This document shows positions 46,785-57,569 of a stretch of 64,000 bases of DNA, piece by piece; the first letter of the stretch is position 1, and each line of letters begins with the position of its first letter. A program made the translations under genes and the position numbers. This DNA is from an uncultured virus (IMG/VR IMGVR_UViG_3300043568_001227) (taxonomy: Duplodnaviria > Heunggongvirae > Uroviricota > Caudoviricetes): positions 1 to 64,000 of the IMG/VR virus record IMGVR_UViG_3300043568_001227, one strand, 5' to 3'. The notes below the pieces were generated by a model, which was given only the letters and a program-made list of their open reading frames with translations, had not been told where the DNA came from and did not search any database.

Positions 46785-47381
46785 ATGAGAATAGGTATAG
46801 AAATTAATGGTGTTCTACGAAACACTTTAGACAAAATAGAACAAACTTATCAAAAATTCATGATTGATAAGACTGACGGTATTGAGGAAGAAAACACCTT
46901 CAATTACGAGATAACAACACCTGTTGATAGTCTTGATTTAAAAAAACATTTTAGTTTTGAAAATGATGAGGAGTTATACTCATTCTTGTATGAAGAATTT
47001 CCTATGGAAATTTTTGGACATGCTCAATCAGCAGAATACTCAACATTTAACGATTTAAATGAAATCTACTTAAAATTAAGAAATGAACATGATTTAATTA
47101 TTATTTCTGACGAAATTAATAAATCAAAACCCGCTTCATTATTTTTCTTATCTAAATTTGGATGCGAATTTGAAAAGGTAAAATTCTATAGTAATTTAAC
47201 AATTAACTCTATGTGGGATGAAATTGATGTTTTACTTACCGCAAATCCCGCACTATTATTAGACCATCCATCAGATAAAACATTAATTAAATATGAAACA
47301 ATTTATAACAATAATGTTGAATCGGAATACACAATAAACACAATCAAAGAATTGGAAGATAAATTAAAAATTATTTTATAA
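46785..47381 (+). CDS. HAD/5'(3')-deoxyribonucleotidase-like protein with degenerate motif I
   Basis: RIGIEINGVLR in place of the usual IxIDxDGVL; YN near C-terminus. Confidence 0.55.
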   Translation: MRIGIEINGVLRNTLDKIEQTYQKFMIDKTDGIEEENTFNYEITTPVDSLDLKKHFSFENDEELYSFLYEEFPMEIFGHAQSAEYSTFNDLNEIYLKLRNEHDLIIISDEINKSKPASLFFLSKFGCEFEKVKFYSNLTINSMWDEIDVLLTANPALLLDHPSDKTLIKYETIYNNNVESEYTINTIKELEDKLKIIL

Positions 47382-47656
47382 TGTTAAAAATATTAGGAGA
47401 ACATTACTATTTGGATTTAGATAAGATTGACGAATATATCCAAATAAAACAAGAGCCGTCATCTTCTTCGGGTGAAACCGATAGTACACAAATTAATATC
47501 GTAAAATACGAAACGATTAAACTCATGTTAGATGTTATTATGGATGATGGAGATGAAGTCGACGAAACTTTAGCAGGTAAAGGGTCAGAGATTACAATTC
47601 CATTTAAATTAGCCTTTAACACACTTTTAAATAAAAAATTACTAAATAAATACTAA
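47381..47656 (+). CDS. Hypothetical protein
   Basis: 91 aa, TAATG-coupled. Confidence 0.6.
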   Translation: MLKILGEHYYLDLDKIDEYIQIKQEPSSSSGETDSTQINIVKYETIKLMLDVIMDDGDEVDETLAGKGSEITIPFKLAFNTLLNKKLLNKY

Positions 47657-47660
47657 TACA

Positions 47661-48725
47661 ATGAATAAAGAACAAATTTCAAAATTAGAACAGTCAGTTC
47701 AAAACATGAAAGATAAGAAATCAAGAATCTATCTTTTAGTTCAGGATACTAAGGGTAATGCCAAAGCATCAATCGCCTACATTTATAATTTAGGAATGGC
47801 ATTATTAAACGAAGGATATAACCCAATCATTTTACATGAGAAACCTGATTATACAGGAGTATCAGGATGGTTAGGTGAATCATACATGACATCATTACCT
47901 CATAAATCTATCGAAGGTCAAAACTTAGAGGTTTCACCTGAAGATTTTATTGTTATCCCTGAATTATACGGATTTGTAATGAGTCAAATCGCTAAATTAC
48001 CTTGTGGTAAAATTGTGTTATGTCAAGCTTATGACCACGTATTGGAAACATTACAACCAGGTCAATCTTGGTCACAATTAGGGTTTTACAAATGTATTAC
48101 TACATCAGAAACCCAAATGGAGTTTTTAGAAAACTTAATGAAAGGTATTTCTTATGATGTTTTAAAACCATTCATTTCGGAATCATTCACCAAACAAACA
48201 TTACCACCAAAACCAATTGTTGCAGTCCATTCAAGAGACCAAAGAGATTCGGTTAATTTAATTAAATCTTTCTACATAAAATTCCCTCAATATAGATGGG
48301 TCACTTTTAGAGATATGAGAGGTTTATCCGAAGAAGAATTTTCTAAATCATTAAAAGAAAGTTTCTTATCTGTATGGATTGATGAAACAAGTGCTTATGG
48401 TACATTCCCATTAGAATCAATGACTTGCGGGGTACCTGTTTTAGGTTTAACACCAAACTTACTACCATCTTGGATGTCAGAGGATAATGGTATATGGATT
48501 AACAATAAAAATCAAATGGTTGATTTTGTTGCTGACTTCTTACAAAATTGGTTGGAGGACAATGTTAACCCTAATTTATATGAGGAAATGATTAAAACAG
48601 TTGAGAATTTACCAACAAAAAAAGAATTCAATGAGGTTTCGGTAAAATTATTTACTGATTATATTAACACAAGATTTGCCTCATTTCAAGAACAATTAAC
48701 TAAACTAGAAACTATCGAAGAGTAA
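47661..48725 (+). CDS. GT-B-like glycosyltransferase
   Basis: EDFIVIPE, GTFPLESMTCGVPVLG. Confidence 0.7.
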   Translation: MNKEQISKLEQSVQNMKDKKSRIYLLVQDTKGNAKASIAYIYNLGMALLNEGYNPIILHEKPDYTGVSGWLGESYMTSLPHKSIEGQNLEVSPEDFIVIPELYGFVMSQIAKLPCGKIVLCQAYDHVLETLQPGQSWSQLGFYKCITTSETQMEFLENLMKGISYDVLKPFISESFTKQTLPPKPIVAVHSRDQRDSVNLIKSFYIKFPQYRWVTFRDMRGLSEEEFSKSLKESFLSVWIDETSAYGTFPLESMTCGVPVLGLTPNLLPSWMSEDNGIWINNKNQMVDFVADFLQNWLEDNVNPNLYEEMIKTVENLPTKKEFNEVSVKLFTDYINTRFASFQEQLTKLETIEE

Positions 48726-48726
48726 T

Positions 48727-49539
48727 ATGGAAAACACACAAAAATTTGACGTATCGGTTATTTTACCAATTAAGTCAGGAAAAGCAAACGGATTTACTGA
48801 ATATTTTGAAAAATGTATTGAGTCATTAAAAAATCAAAAAGTTGGTATCAATGAATTAATTATAGTTCACACTAACGAAACACATATTGTAGATTACTTA
48901 AATCAATTTGATTTTGGTACTTTAAATGTAGTTAAAGTTGCGTGGACAAAAGACGCTAACTACGCATCACAAATAAATCATGGTGTGAGGTCGGCAAAAT
49001 CTAAATGGGTTTCTCTATTTGAGTTTGACGATGAGTATTCAAGTATTTGGTTTAAAAACGTTGAGGTCTACGCTAACTCATATCCTGATGTTGACGCATT
49101 CTTACCTATCGTTGTTGATACAGACCAAACAGGTAAATTTGCAGGATTTACAAATGAGGCAACATTCGCAGCAAACTTCACACCAGAAATGGGTATTTTA
49201 ACTCATGAAACTTTATTAGAATATCAGAATTTTCAAACTTCAGGTATGGTTATTAAAACATCATCTTTTATTGATTTTGGTTTAATTAAACCATCATTCA
49301 AATTAACATTTGGATATGAATTTTTCTTAAGAATGACACATAACTCAGTTAAGATTATGTCAATACCTAAGATTGGGTATAAACATGTTAACTTGAGAGA
49401 CGGGTCTATTTTTTGGAATTATAAAAATGGTGACGATAGATTAACGGAAGGTGAAGTAAGATTTTGGATTGACTCGGCCAAAAAAGAATACTTTTTTATT
49501 AACGACAGGGCCATAAAGTATGAACCCCAAACAGTTTAA
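48727..49539 (+). CDS. GT2 glycosyltransferase
   Basis: VSVILPI, INHGV, SLFEFDD. Confidence 0.8.
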   Translation: MENTQKFDVSVILPIKSGKANGFTEYFEKCIESLKNQKVGINELIIVHTNETHIVDYLNQFDFGTLNVVKVAWTKDANYASQINHGVRSAKSKWVSLFEFDDEYSSIWFKNVEVYANSYPDVDAFLPIVVDTDQTGKFAGFTNEATFAANFTPEMGILTHETLLEYQNFQTSGMVIKTSSFIDFGLIKPSFKLTFGYEFFLRMTHNSVKIMSIPKIGYKHVNLRDGSIFWNYKNGDDRLTEGEVRFWIDSAKKEYFFINDRAIKYEPQTV

Positions 49540-50288
49540 TGACAGAAATTATTAATTTAACAGGAAACACCAATGTTGAGTTAAAAAAGAAAGGTAGAAA
49601 ACCAACACAATTAAATTATTTTGATGTTCCCGAAGAGCAGGCCGTTGTTAGATTTTTAGAATCAACCTCCTACGAAGAACGAAATAAAATTTATAATGAT
49701 TTTTTAAAAAAACCTTTAGATAAGATGATATCTTCGATAATTCGAAGATACAAATTATATAGAAAAGACATGGACTTTACGGAGATACATGTAGACACTC
49801 ACTCATTCTTAATGACAAAAATTGAAAAGTTTAAACCCTCTAGAGAGAAAAAAGCTTATTCATATTTTGGTACAATCTGTAAGAATTATCTTATGGGTCA
49901 AATTATTAAGGACCAAAAAGAAACTAACCGAAAAATATCATATGAAGATATCTCAACGAGTATAGAAAATAACCCTAACTTTTCTTACAGTATAGAAAAA
50001 GAAGGTATTGATTCAGAAAAAGTAATTAAAAACTTTTTACTTGAGTTAGATAATTTGCTAGAAAATGAGAGTTTATCGGAAAACGAAATCAAACTAGGTC
50101 ATGCGTTACATGACCTTTTTGAGAATTATGAATCTATTTTTATCGGTAACGATAATAATAAATTTAATAAAAATATTATACTACTCTCATTAAGGGAAAT
50201 GACTAATTTGTCAACCAAAGAAATTAGGGGGTCAATGAAGAAATACAAAACAATGTATTATACTTTAGTGGAGAATATGGTTAAATAA
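49539..50288 (+). CDS. Phage sigma-factor-like protein (gp55-like late sigma candidate)
   Basis: KIEKFKPSREKKAYSYFGTICKNYL resembles sigma region 2.3-2.4 (gp55-like KFDP...FAYFT.I..N). Confidence 0.6.
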   Translation: MTEIINLTGNTNVELKKKGRKPTQLNYFDVPEEQAVVRFLESTSYEERNKIYNDFLKKPLDKMISSIIRRYKLYRKDMDFTEIHVDTHSFLMTKIEKFKPSREKKAYSYFGTICKNYLMGQIIKDQKETNRKISYEDISTSIENNPNFSYSIEKEGIDSEKVIKNFLLELDNLLENESLSENEIKLGHALHDLFENYESIFIGNDNNKFNKNIILLSLREMTNLSTKEIRGSMKKYKTMYYTLVENMVK

Positions 50289-50313
50289 AATTTTATAGTT
50301 AATATTTATTGTA

Positions 50314-50691
50314 ATGGGAAGACCACAAAAAAAAGAAATTAATTTAACTAAAGAGTCGATGTTATCTTTGATGCAAGAAATCTATAATGAACTTGTTGAA
50401 CAAAGAAACACTGCGATTAGAATACAAAATAAAATGTTGACAATGATGAAAGAACCTGAAGATATGACTCTAATAGGTCCTGTTATTGAAAAGCAACAAA
50501 AAATCATTAACGATTGTGTTGAAAAGAAATTAACATTATCTAAACTGCAATCTACTATGTGGGAAAAATCTAATACCGCAGGAAGTGGTAGTTTCTCAAT
50601 TACTGATTTAGGTGTGGATGATGATTTATTAGAAAATTTAATACTAAAAGACGCGTCTAAACCTGACGGGTCTTACAAAATGAAAAACTAA
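50314..50691 (+). CDS. Hypothetical coiled-coil protein
   Basis: 125 aa; TATTTAT 4 nt upstream. Confidence 0.6.
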   Translation: MGRPQKKEINLTKESMLSLMQEIYNELVEQRNTAIRIQNKMLTMMKEPEDMTLIGPVIEKQQKIINDCVEKKLTLSKLQSTMWEKSNTAGSGSFSITDLGVDDDLLENLILKDASKPDGSYKMKN

Positions 50692-50696
50692 CTAAA

Positions 50697-52604
50697 ATGG
50701 CATCATTAGATTTAGGTCTTGATTATAAAGACGCACAAAAAAAGATTGCGGCGACCACCACATATAAGGATTTAAAAACTCAATATGATGACACTTCTAA
50801 AAAAGCTGGAGAGTCTTTTGATACTGCCAAACAAAACGTTACTGAGTCTATAGATAAAGTCAAAGAACAGACTAAAAGATTTCAAAGGGAAATCAAAAAT
50901 CAATTTGAACAATTACTAGATATTAATAATCTTACTGGTGGTAAGGGAGGTAGTTCAATTAGTTACGTTAAAAAAACATTAATTAGGGTTATTAAGAATA
51001 TTGAACCTAAAATTATTGAGCTTCTTATGGAAGAAGCAATAAATGCGGTTGGTTGTGACCAACAACAAACATATGCGGCTCAGGTGGTGTATGTTAAAGT
51101 AAGTTCAATAGACTTGATTAACCTATTAAAAAAAGACCCGTCAAGTAAAGAAGGTAAAGTCTTATACGAAAGAAATCCTGTTAACGTACAACTTTATCCA
51201 TTCTCAATGAACAAAGAGTTGTATCAAAGAATTCAAAGTGGTCAACCTTACTCAACTGACAACGGTCAACAATATATTGGTCAATCAGGACAAGCGTTAT
51301 TTGATATTCAATACGTTGACACAAATAACTTAGGAGAAACTGGTCCGTGGTTTAAGGTAACTCTACCTAATAGAGCAAACAATATTAATAAAGTTGGTAC
51401 TTTTTTAGCCGATTATTATAGAACAACTAAAGTTGTTGAGTTCACAAATATTATGGCAAATATTATGGAGTCATTAAGTGGAGCCATATCTATTAGTGCA
51501 AATGTTGGAGTAGCTCAAGCCGAAGACACTAATAAACTTATGTTAATCATCCAAAGGGTTTTAGGTTTATGTTTTGATAATAAAAAAGAAATCGATGTTA
51601 GTGGTATTGCAAAATTAGCCGAACTCGATGATATTGATGAGTCGTTTTTTGAATTCACAGATATTGATTTACGTAATATTGACCAAAGAGTAACTAACAT
51701 TAAAAATGGTGTGATTGAATTTGAGGATTGTGGTAATGTTAAATTACCCGTTAATTATGATGACATTCTAAATGATTTAGGTACATTAAATTTTATTGAG
51801 GATAAGGATTTAGTCGATGCTGCTGACGCATTAACTCAAACATTAATTAACAATCCTGAATGGCAAGGTTTTGCTATTGAGGGGAATATTAAAGCCACGG
51901 TAGATTTAAACTTCCTTAAATTAATCGTTCAAGGAATTGCCGCGTCGTTACTATCTCCAAAAGTATTATTACCAATATTTGTAATGTTAAAATCATTAGG
52001 TCAAACATTTGTTGATGGTGTTAACTCATTCGTCGCTTTCATGAAAACATTTAAAAAGTTTTTTATAAACTTAATGTCAAAAATAGGAGCTTTATTTGTT
52101 AAGGAACTTTTTGAAATAATTAAAAAAGATATTTTAAATTTAATCCAATCAGTAATTCAAGATGTTGCTAGAGAAAAAATGGATAAAAGAATTATTATGA
52201 TTTTAAAGTTAATCCAACTTATAATTGTTGTGGCTCAGTTTATATCGGATTGGCGTAAATGTAAGAGTGTTATTGATGAAATTCTATCATTGTTAAAGAT
52301 TGCGACTTCTGGATGGGGTGGTGAAATACCATTACCTCTATTATTTGCATCTCAATTTATGGATGGATATTCTGAATCTCGTGCGTTTATTGGAGCTATT
52401 GAGGAAATGCAAAAACTTGGTATCCCAACAGGTACAATGCCAGATGGAAGTCCTAATTTAGATGTTCTAAAAATGTTAGGGCAAATGAAATCTATGTCAT
52501 CGGAAGAGGCTGAAAATGGTAAGGTACAAATTGCAATACCACCATTAACAATGACACCAGCAGGTCTGACAGTTCCTTCGAGTGCTTTCGGTAAAAAAAT
52601 GTAA
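50697..52604 (+). CDS. Hypothetical protein, probably structural
   Basis: 635 aa in the operon with the spike gene. Confidence 0.55.
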   Translation: MASLDLGLDYKDAQKKIAATTTYKDLKTQYDDTSKKAGESFDTAKQNVTESIDKVKEQTKRFQREIKNQFEQLLDINNLTGGKGGSSISYVKKTLIRVIKNIEPKIIELLMEEAINAVGCDQQQTYAAQVVYVKVSSIDLINLLKKDPSSKEGKVLYERNPVNVQLYPFSMNKELYQRIQSGQPYSTDNGQQYIGQSGQALFDIQYVDTNNLGETGPWFKVTLPNRANNINKVGTFLADYYRTTKVVEFTNIMANIMESLSGAISISANVGVAQAEDTNKLMLIIQRVLGLCFDNKKEIDVSGIAKLAELDDIDESFFEFTDIDLRNIDQRVTNIKNGVIEFEDCGNVKLPVNYDDILNDLGTLNFIEDKDLVDAADALTQTLINNPEWQGFAIEGNIKATVDLNFLKLIVQGIAASLLSPKVLLPIFVMLKSLGQTFVDGVNSFVAFMKTFKKFFINLMSKIGALFVKELFEIIKKDILNLIQSVIQDVAREKMDKRIIMILKLIQLIIVVAQFISDWRKCKSVIDEILSLLKIATSGWGGEIPLPLLFASQFMDGYSESRAFIGAIEEMQKLGIPTGTMPDGSPNLDVLKMLGQMKSMSSEEAENGKVQIAIPPLTMTPAGLTVPSSAFGKKM

Positions 52605-52606
52605 TT

Positions 52607-52819
52607 ATGACAAAAAAAGAACAATCGGAAAAAGCCGTAAAAATAATAAAAGACTACAAATCACACTCAAATAAAGATTTGACTTTTGTTATGGATTTTA
52701 TTCAGGAAGATTTTAAATTTACCAAAGATGCGGTCATTAAAATGACCGAACATTTAGATAAATTAGAATTAACTTACAATACTATTCTTAAAGAATATCA
52801 AAACAGAACTATTAAATAA
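52607..52819 (+). CDS. Hypothetical protein
   Basis: 70 aa, TAATG-coupled to next gene. Confidence 0.55.
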   Translation: MTKKEQSEKAVKIIKDYKSHSNKDLTFVMDFIQEDFKFTKDAVIKMTEHLDKLELTYNTILKEYQNRTIK

Positions 52820-54399
52820 TGAAAATAGACCAATCTAATAAGTATCAAATTATATTTCCTGGTATCGTTTACGATAACCAAGACCCGATGATGTTAGGTA
52901 GACTTAGAGTAATACCTGAAACACAAACATATAGTGATATTTTAGCTTCAGTTCCTGATTGGAATGAGGAAATAGATAAATGGACTTCTAAAGACCCGTT
53001 AATTTTTTTACCATTACTACCTTTTTATTTTAGCCAAGTACCGAAAAAAGACGAGTACGTACATATTATATATCAAAATAAAAAATTTAATTTCCAAAGT
53101 CAATTTTATATTCAAGGACCGTTTTCGTCACCAATGACAACACCTTTTGAGTATTATCAAGGCGCTAAGAAATTTTTAGCTGCGGGAGATAGAATTAAAC
53201 AAGGTATTTCGATTAAAAATAGTGATGGGCAATATCGTAACAAAGATAGTTATGGTGTATTTCCCGAACCTGGTGATAACGCATTGTTAGGACGTGGTTC
53301 CGCCGATGTAGTTGTTAAAGAAAATGAGGTTTTAATTAGAGCGGGTAAAACAAAAGTATTAAGTACAACACAATTACCTGTTGGAAATGCGATGAGGTCA
53401 TTCTTACAACTTTCAAATTTTACCCAACAAAAAGTTTTATTACCCCAAGAAAGTCAAGCTAGATTAGTTGAAAATGTAAAGGTAGTTAAAAAAATAATAA
53501 TCTGGGATATTGAAAATTTAGAAAACACTCAAAATGTTTTTAATGGGTCTGTTGGATTATACAATGTAATACCAAGTCAGAAAGTTAACAGTAAAAATTT
53601 TAAGTCCGACACTATCCTTAACTTAAGTGTTGGTACCGATTATAGTGGCCCTATTGAGGAAGTAAAATTTACCGCCAAAAGTTTTAACGAATCATTAACT
53701 TTAATTAATAAATTTAGTGATGGAGTTTTTAAAAAATTTATTGATTTACCTAATTATGTTGTTAACAACCAATTACGTAATATACCTCAAGACCAAATAT
53801 TTCCATTTGTTGTTACCCCATCAAAATTAACTTATGAAAAAGGTGTTAAATTCTCACCATCACAAGTTGTAAATGATGTTGCGGAACTAACTAATTATGT
53901 TAATTTTTATAGTAAAATTAAATTAAATATGGGGTTAGTTAATAGTGGGTGGTTTTTAGTTTGGGAAAACAAAAATGGAACTGCACTTATTGGACCTCAA
54001 GGGGATATTAAAACTGAAACAGTTACTCCATCCGAGTTTGTACCTTCAGATGTCACTTATGGTGTCTTAGGAGCTCAAAAAATTTATTTACTATCTCAAG
54101 ACTCTACAGGACCTAAAGGTAAGATTAGTTTAAGTCAAACTTTATATGGTATACCACAAGATAAATTTATTGGTGACGAAAGTAGTATTTTTAATAAGAC
54201 ATACCCAACAACAAGAGGTGATGAGTTAATGAAACTACTTAGAAAAATATTTTCATTTGTTACTGGTCACGTACATCCTGTGGCTACGGCACCACCTATT
54301 CCTGTTGCCGCAGGTAACGGACAAACCTCCGCAGAAATTAATGCAATTCTTGCTGACGCAGAAAATACCATCCTAAATCAAAATATCCGAATTAATTGA
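52819..54399 (+). CDS. Baseplate hub/spike protein (gp5/VgrG/gpV-like)
   Basis: N-terminal OB-fold motif [17 protein letters not shown]...LP..F..VPK..E.V; C-terminal GDEL...GHVHP (HxH spike tip). Confidence 0.7.
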   Translation: MKIDQSNKYQIIFPGIVYDNQDPMMLGRLRVIPETQTYSDILASVPDWNEEIDKWTSKDPLIFLPLLPFYFSQVPKKDEYVHIIYQNKKFNFQSQFYIQGPFSSPMTTPFEYYQGAKKFLAAGDRIKQGISIKNSDGQYRNKDSYGVFPEPGDNALLGRGSADVVVKENEVLIRAGKTKVLSTTQLPVGNAMRSFLQLSNFTQQKVLLPQESQARLVENVKVVKKIIIWDIENLENTQNVFNGSVGLYNVIPSQKVNSKNFKSDTILNLSVGTDYSGPIEEVKFTAKSFNESLTLINKFSDGVFKKFIDLPNYVVNNQLRNIPQDQIFPFVVTPSKLTYEKGVKFSPSQVVNDVAELTNYVNFYSKIKLNMGLVNSGWFLVWENKNGTALIGPQGDIKTETVTPSEFVPSDVTYGVLGAQKIYLLSQDSTGPKGKISLSQTLYGIPQDKFIGDESSIFNKTYPTTRGDELMKLLRKIFSFVTGHVHPVATAPPIPVAAGNGQTSAEINAILADAENTILNQNIRIN

Positions 54400-54421
54400 T
54401 ATTTATAAGTAAAACACTTAA

Positions 54422-55897
54422 ATGTCAATTAATAACTCCTACTTTAGTAAGAACAATACTATCATATCCAACAGTTTCACCAATACTGGTAGAAACCCAG
54501 TTACGGAATTGTTTTATGGTTCTACCGCAGTGTCTCAATATCCTAGTGGGTATAGTAGATTCATATTCGATTTAGACCTTTCATTACTATTTCAGAAGAT
54601 AAATGACGGTACAATTTCTACAACTTGTAACGACACAATTGTTCACACTTTAAGAATGGTGAATACCTCAACCTTTGATATTGAGTTATTAAACACCTCA
54701 ACATCTCAAGGTAGAAAAAGAGCCACGTCATTTGATTTAATTTTATTCAGAATCCCATACATTAATAACAACCCACTAAACCCACAGATTTGGGATGAAG
54801 GTGTTGGTTATGATTTTGCTGATTTAGTTTATGAATATAGTGATACGGACAAATCTTTTTCTGATAGACCCTCGAATTGGTTTCAAACAACGACAATTGG
54901 TGTTTGGACTGAGCCTGGTGTCTACAATAACTTAAACAGTGGGGTTGTTCCTTTTAGCTCATTAACTATCGTTGACACACAACATTTTGAATTTGGTAAT
55001 GAGAACGTTAGTTTTGACATGACTAGTGAAATTAATTCAATTATTGATGGTTCATTAACTAATGTCACAGGATGGGGAATTGCTTACAAACCTCAGGTCG
55101 AAAACTTATCAGGTCTTACTGATACCTATGAAACTCAATTTTTTACAAGACATACTCAAACATTTTACGAACCATTTTTAGAAACAAACTATAATGACCT
55201 TATTGAAGATGATAGAAACTTATTTTCTTTAGGTAGAACAAACAAACTTTATTTGTACTTGTTTGATAACGGTAACCCAATCAATTTAGACAATAATCCA
55301 AGTGTTACTATTATGGATTCATCGGGAAATGACATTCCTGGATTAACAGGGTTAACCGCTTGTCAAAGAACTAAAGGTGTTTATGAAATTGTTATACCAC
55401 CAATAATTGGTTATAAAACACCATGTATGTTTACTGATAAATGGTACAACTTAAATTACAATGGTTTCCCATTACCCCAATCGTTTAATGAGTTTACAAT
55501 ACAACCATTAAAAAATTCAATTCAGATTGGTACTAATTCAGTCGACCCTAAATTATATGGGTTTGACTTTTATGGTATTAAACAAGATGAAAAAATATAC
55601 AATACTGATATTAGAAAAGTTGGTGTTGTCATTAAACAAGCTTACACAACTCAAAAACTTTTACAAAATGTTGACGCTCACTACAGAGTATATGTTAGAG
55701 AAGGCCAGACTGAGGTTGAGGTTCAAGGTTGGACCAAAATCAACAGGACGCCAAACGAATATTATTTTATGTTTGACACTAGGGATAAAATACCTAACGA
55801 GTATTATATAGATATTAAGGTGGATAGTAGTGGAGAGATAAATACATACAAACGACAAGTTAAATTTCAAATCGTTAATATGAAGTATTTAGATTAA
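54422..55897 (+). CDS. Hypothetical structural protein
   Basis: 491 aa, beta-rich, WDEGVG; TATTTATA upstream. Confidence 0.5.
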   Translation: MSINNSYFSKNNTIISNSFTNTGRNPVTELFYGSTAVSQYPSGYSRFIFDLDLSLLFQKINDGTISTTCNDTIVHTLRMVNTSTFDIELLNTSTSQGRKRATSFDLILFRIPYINNNPLNPQIWDEGVGYDFADLVYEYSDTDKSFSDRPSNWFQTTTIGVWTEPGVYNNLNSGVVPFSSLTIVDTQHFEFGNENVSFDMTSEINSIIDGSLTNVTGWGIAYKPQVENLSGLTDTYETQFFTRHTQTFYEPFLETNYNDLIEDDRNLFSLGRTNKLYLYLFDNGNPINLDNNPSVTIMDSSGNDIPGLTGLTACQRTKGVYEIVIPPIIGYKTPCMFTDKWYNLNYNGFPLPQSFNEFTIQPLKNSIQIGTNSVDPKLYGFDFYGIKQDEKIYNTDIRKVGVVIKQAYTTQKLLQNVDAHYRVYVREGQTEVEVQGWTKINRTPNEYYFMFDTRDKIPNEYYIDIKVDSSGEINTYKRQVKFQIVNMKYLD

Positions 55898-55995
55898 TAA
55901 GATATTTATAATAAAAACAAAATGTTAAATAATATAAAATTATTAAATTTTACATTATAACCTATAAAAATTAAAAAAAAAATAACACAAAAGAT

Positions 55996-56598
55996 ATGGC
56001 AAATTATATTATAAATGAATGTTTAACTAATGATGTATACATTCTTTCTGCAGCAACGTTAACTTTGGGGGCCACAGTAGAGTTCGATATTAGCGAGGCT
56101 CGATTTTGTGGTACTGTTGGGGCAGTAACAGAAAGCGCGGAAACTCTAAATATATCCTTTGTTCAATTACACGACGATTGTTGTACGTGTTTAAGTGGTC
56201 TTACAGAGTCTTTAAATTTTAAATTTATAGGATGTAATGACTTAGAAGTGTTTAATATTGAAGCAACTAATTTTTGTCGTGAATATGGTACTCCTACAAC
56301 AGGTATTACTTATGAAATACAATTTGGTTCTGAAACACCATTTTGTGCTACTTTTGATGAGTTATCACTAACGGGTGAAACAAATTATCATTACAGTTCA
56401 GGGCCATTTTTAGATTGTGAAGATTGTAAAAATCTACCACCATTATCGTCTAACACTGAAACCACCATATGCCAGGAAATATGCGACAATTCGGTAATTA
56501 CAATAATTCCTCCACATCCAACCTATACAAATAGTGCTGGTAGAGAAGTTGTTCAAATGAACGCGGTTCTTATTGGTGGTAACGGATTAAACGGGTAA
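55996..56598 (+). CDS. Cys-rich protein with an internal two-fold repeat
   Basis: EC...FCGT...CCTCL / GC...FCAT...CEDC. Confidence 0.55.
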   Translation: MANYIINECLTNDVYILSAATLTLGATVEFDISEARFCGTVGAVTESAETLNISFVQLHDDCCTCLSGLTESLNFKFIGCNDLEVFNIEATNFCREYGTPTTGITYEIQFGSETPFCATFDELSLTGETNYHYSSGPFLDCEDCKNLPPLSSNTETTICQEICDNSVITIIPPHPTYTNSAGREVVQMNAVLIGGNGLNG

Positions 56599-56627
56599 TT
56601 AGTAAGACTAATAATAAAAAATACAAG

Positions 56628-56662
56628 AAATAACCTTAATTATTTTAAGGTTATTTTTTTTT
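56628..56662 (+). terminator. Intrinsic terminator
   Basis: AAATAACCTTAA-ttatt-TTAAGGTTATTT plus T-run. Confidence 0.7.
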
Positions 56663-56719
56663 GTCAATATTTTTACTATCTTTGTACTTAAGATAATGTA
56701 ATCAACATACAACAAAAAA

Positions 56720-57130
56720 ATGAAAATATATTTAAAGAGGGTTCTAAAGAGATGGTACACTAAATTTACTCTTTGGCACAAGTATCGATTTTTCACAGAA
56801 AAAAGTCGACTATCGGAAAATGAAAAGATTTGTACCGCAATTTGTCGTAGACTTATTAATCATCCTGATTCTAAATTTTTAATTGCTCCACTATCAGGTA
56901 AGAAATATATCAAGAATGTTACGTTAGGTTTATTTATCCTTATGGACGATAGAAAAATTAGTATTACCAATCACGTATACCATTATGATATAGTTTTGTC
57001 TCAGAGAGATTGGGAAAAATTAAATGTTTTGTATGATAACAAAACAGAGATTATGAGACAAGGGTACGAAGATGAAATAAAATCACAAATAGTTCATTCT
57101 TTATCATCAATATTAGAAAAAATTGCTTAA
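56720..57130 (+). CDS. Hypothetical protein
   Basis: 136 aa; TATCTTTG at 56677-84 upstream. Confidence 0.6.
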   Translation: MKIYLKRVLKRWYTKFTLWHKYRFFTEKSRLSENEKICTAICRRLINHPDSKFLIAPLSGKKYIKNVTLGLFILMDDRKISITNHVYHYDIVLSQRDWEKLNVLYDNKTEIMRQGYEDEIKSQIVHSLSSILEKIA

Positions 57131-57139
57131 CTTTGTAAT

Positions 57140-57535
57140 ATGAAAAAATTAATCACACTCATCGTTTTAGTCTTAACCACATGTGTTGGTTTCGCTCAGG
57201 TTGAATCCTCTATTAAGAAGGCGGGGAACTTCTATGAGTTAAGTGATTTATGGGTTAAAGATTCCGTATCCGTTAAGTTGTTACTTAACACATACAAGAT
57301 TGATATCACTAATCTTGATTCAGTTAGATTTTTCAAGGACTTCAAACTTAATCAAACGTTACATAATGAATTCACATACGATTCATACGTATATATCCAA
57401 GATAAGAAAACAGGGGTTGTCACATTAGATAGTATTCCACATACTAATACTCATCCTAAGTTAGGTAAGTATGTTTTAATCTACTGCTTTGATGACTACA
57501 CTGATAAGAAAATTATCAACATCAAAGTGTTCTAA
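57140..57535 (+). CDS. Exported protein with Sec signal peptide
   Basis: MKKLITLIVLVLTTCVGFA/Q; TAACTTTG at 57128-35. Confidence 0.7.
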   Translation: MKKLITLIVLVLTTCVGFAQVESSIKKAGNFYELSDLWVKDSVSVKLLLNTYKIDITNLDSVRFFKDFKLNQTLHNEFTYDSYVYIQDKKTGVVTLDSIPHTNTHPKLGKYVLIYCFDDYTDKKIINIKVF

Positions 57536-57537
57536 AT

Positions 57538-57569
57538 AAAAAAGAGGTCTAATGACCTCTTTTTTTTTT
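57538..57569. terminator. Bidirectional intrinsic terminator
   Basis: AAAAAAGAGGTC-taat-GACCTCTTTTTTTT between convergent genes. Confidence 0.9.
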
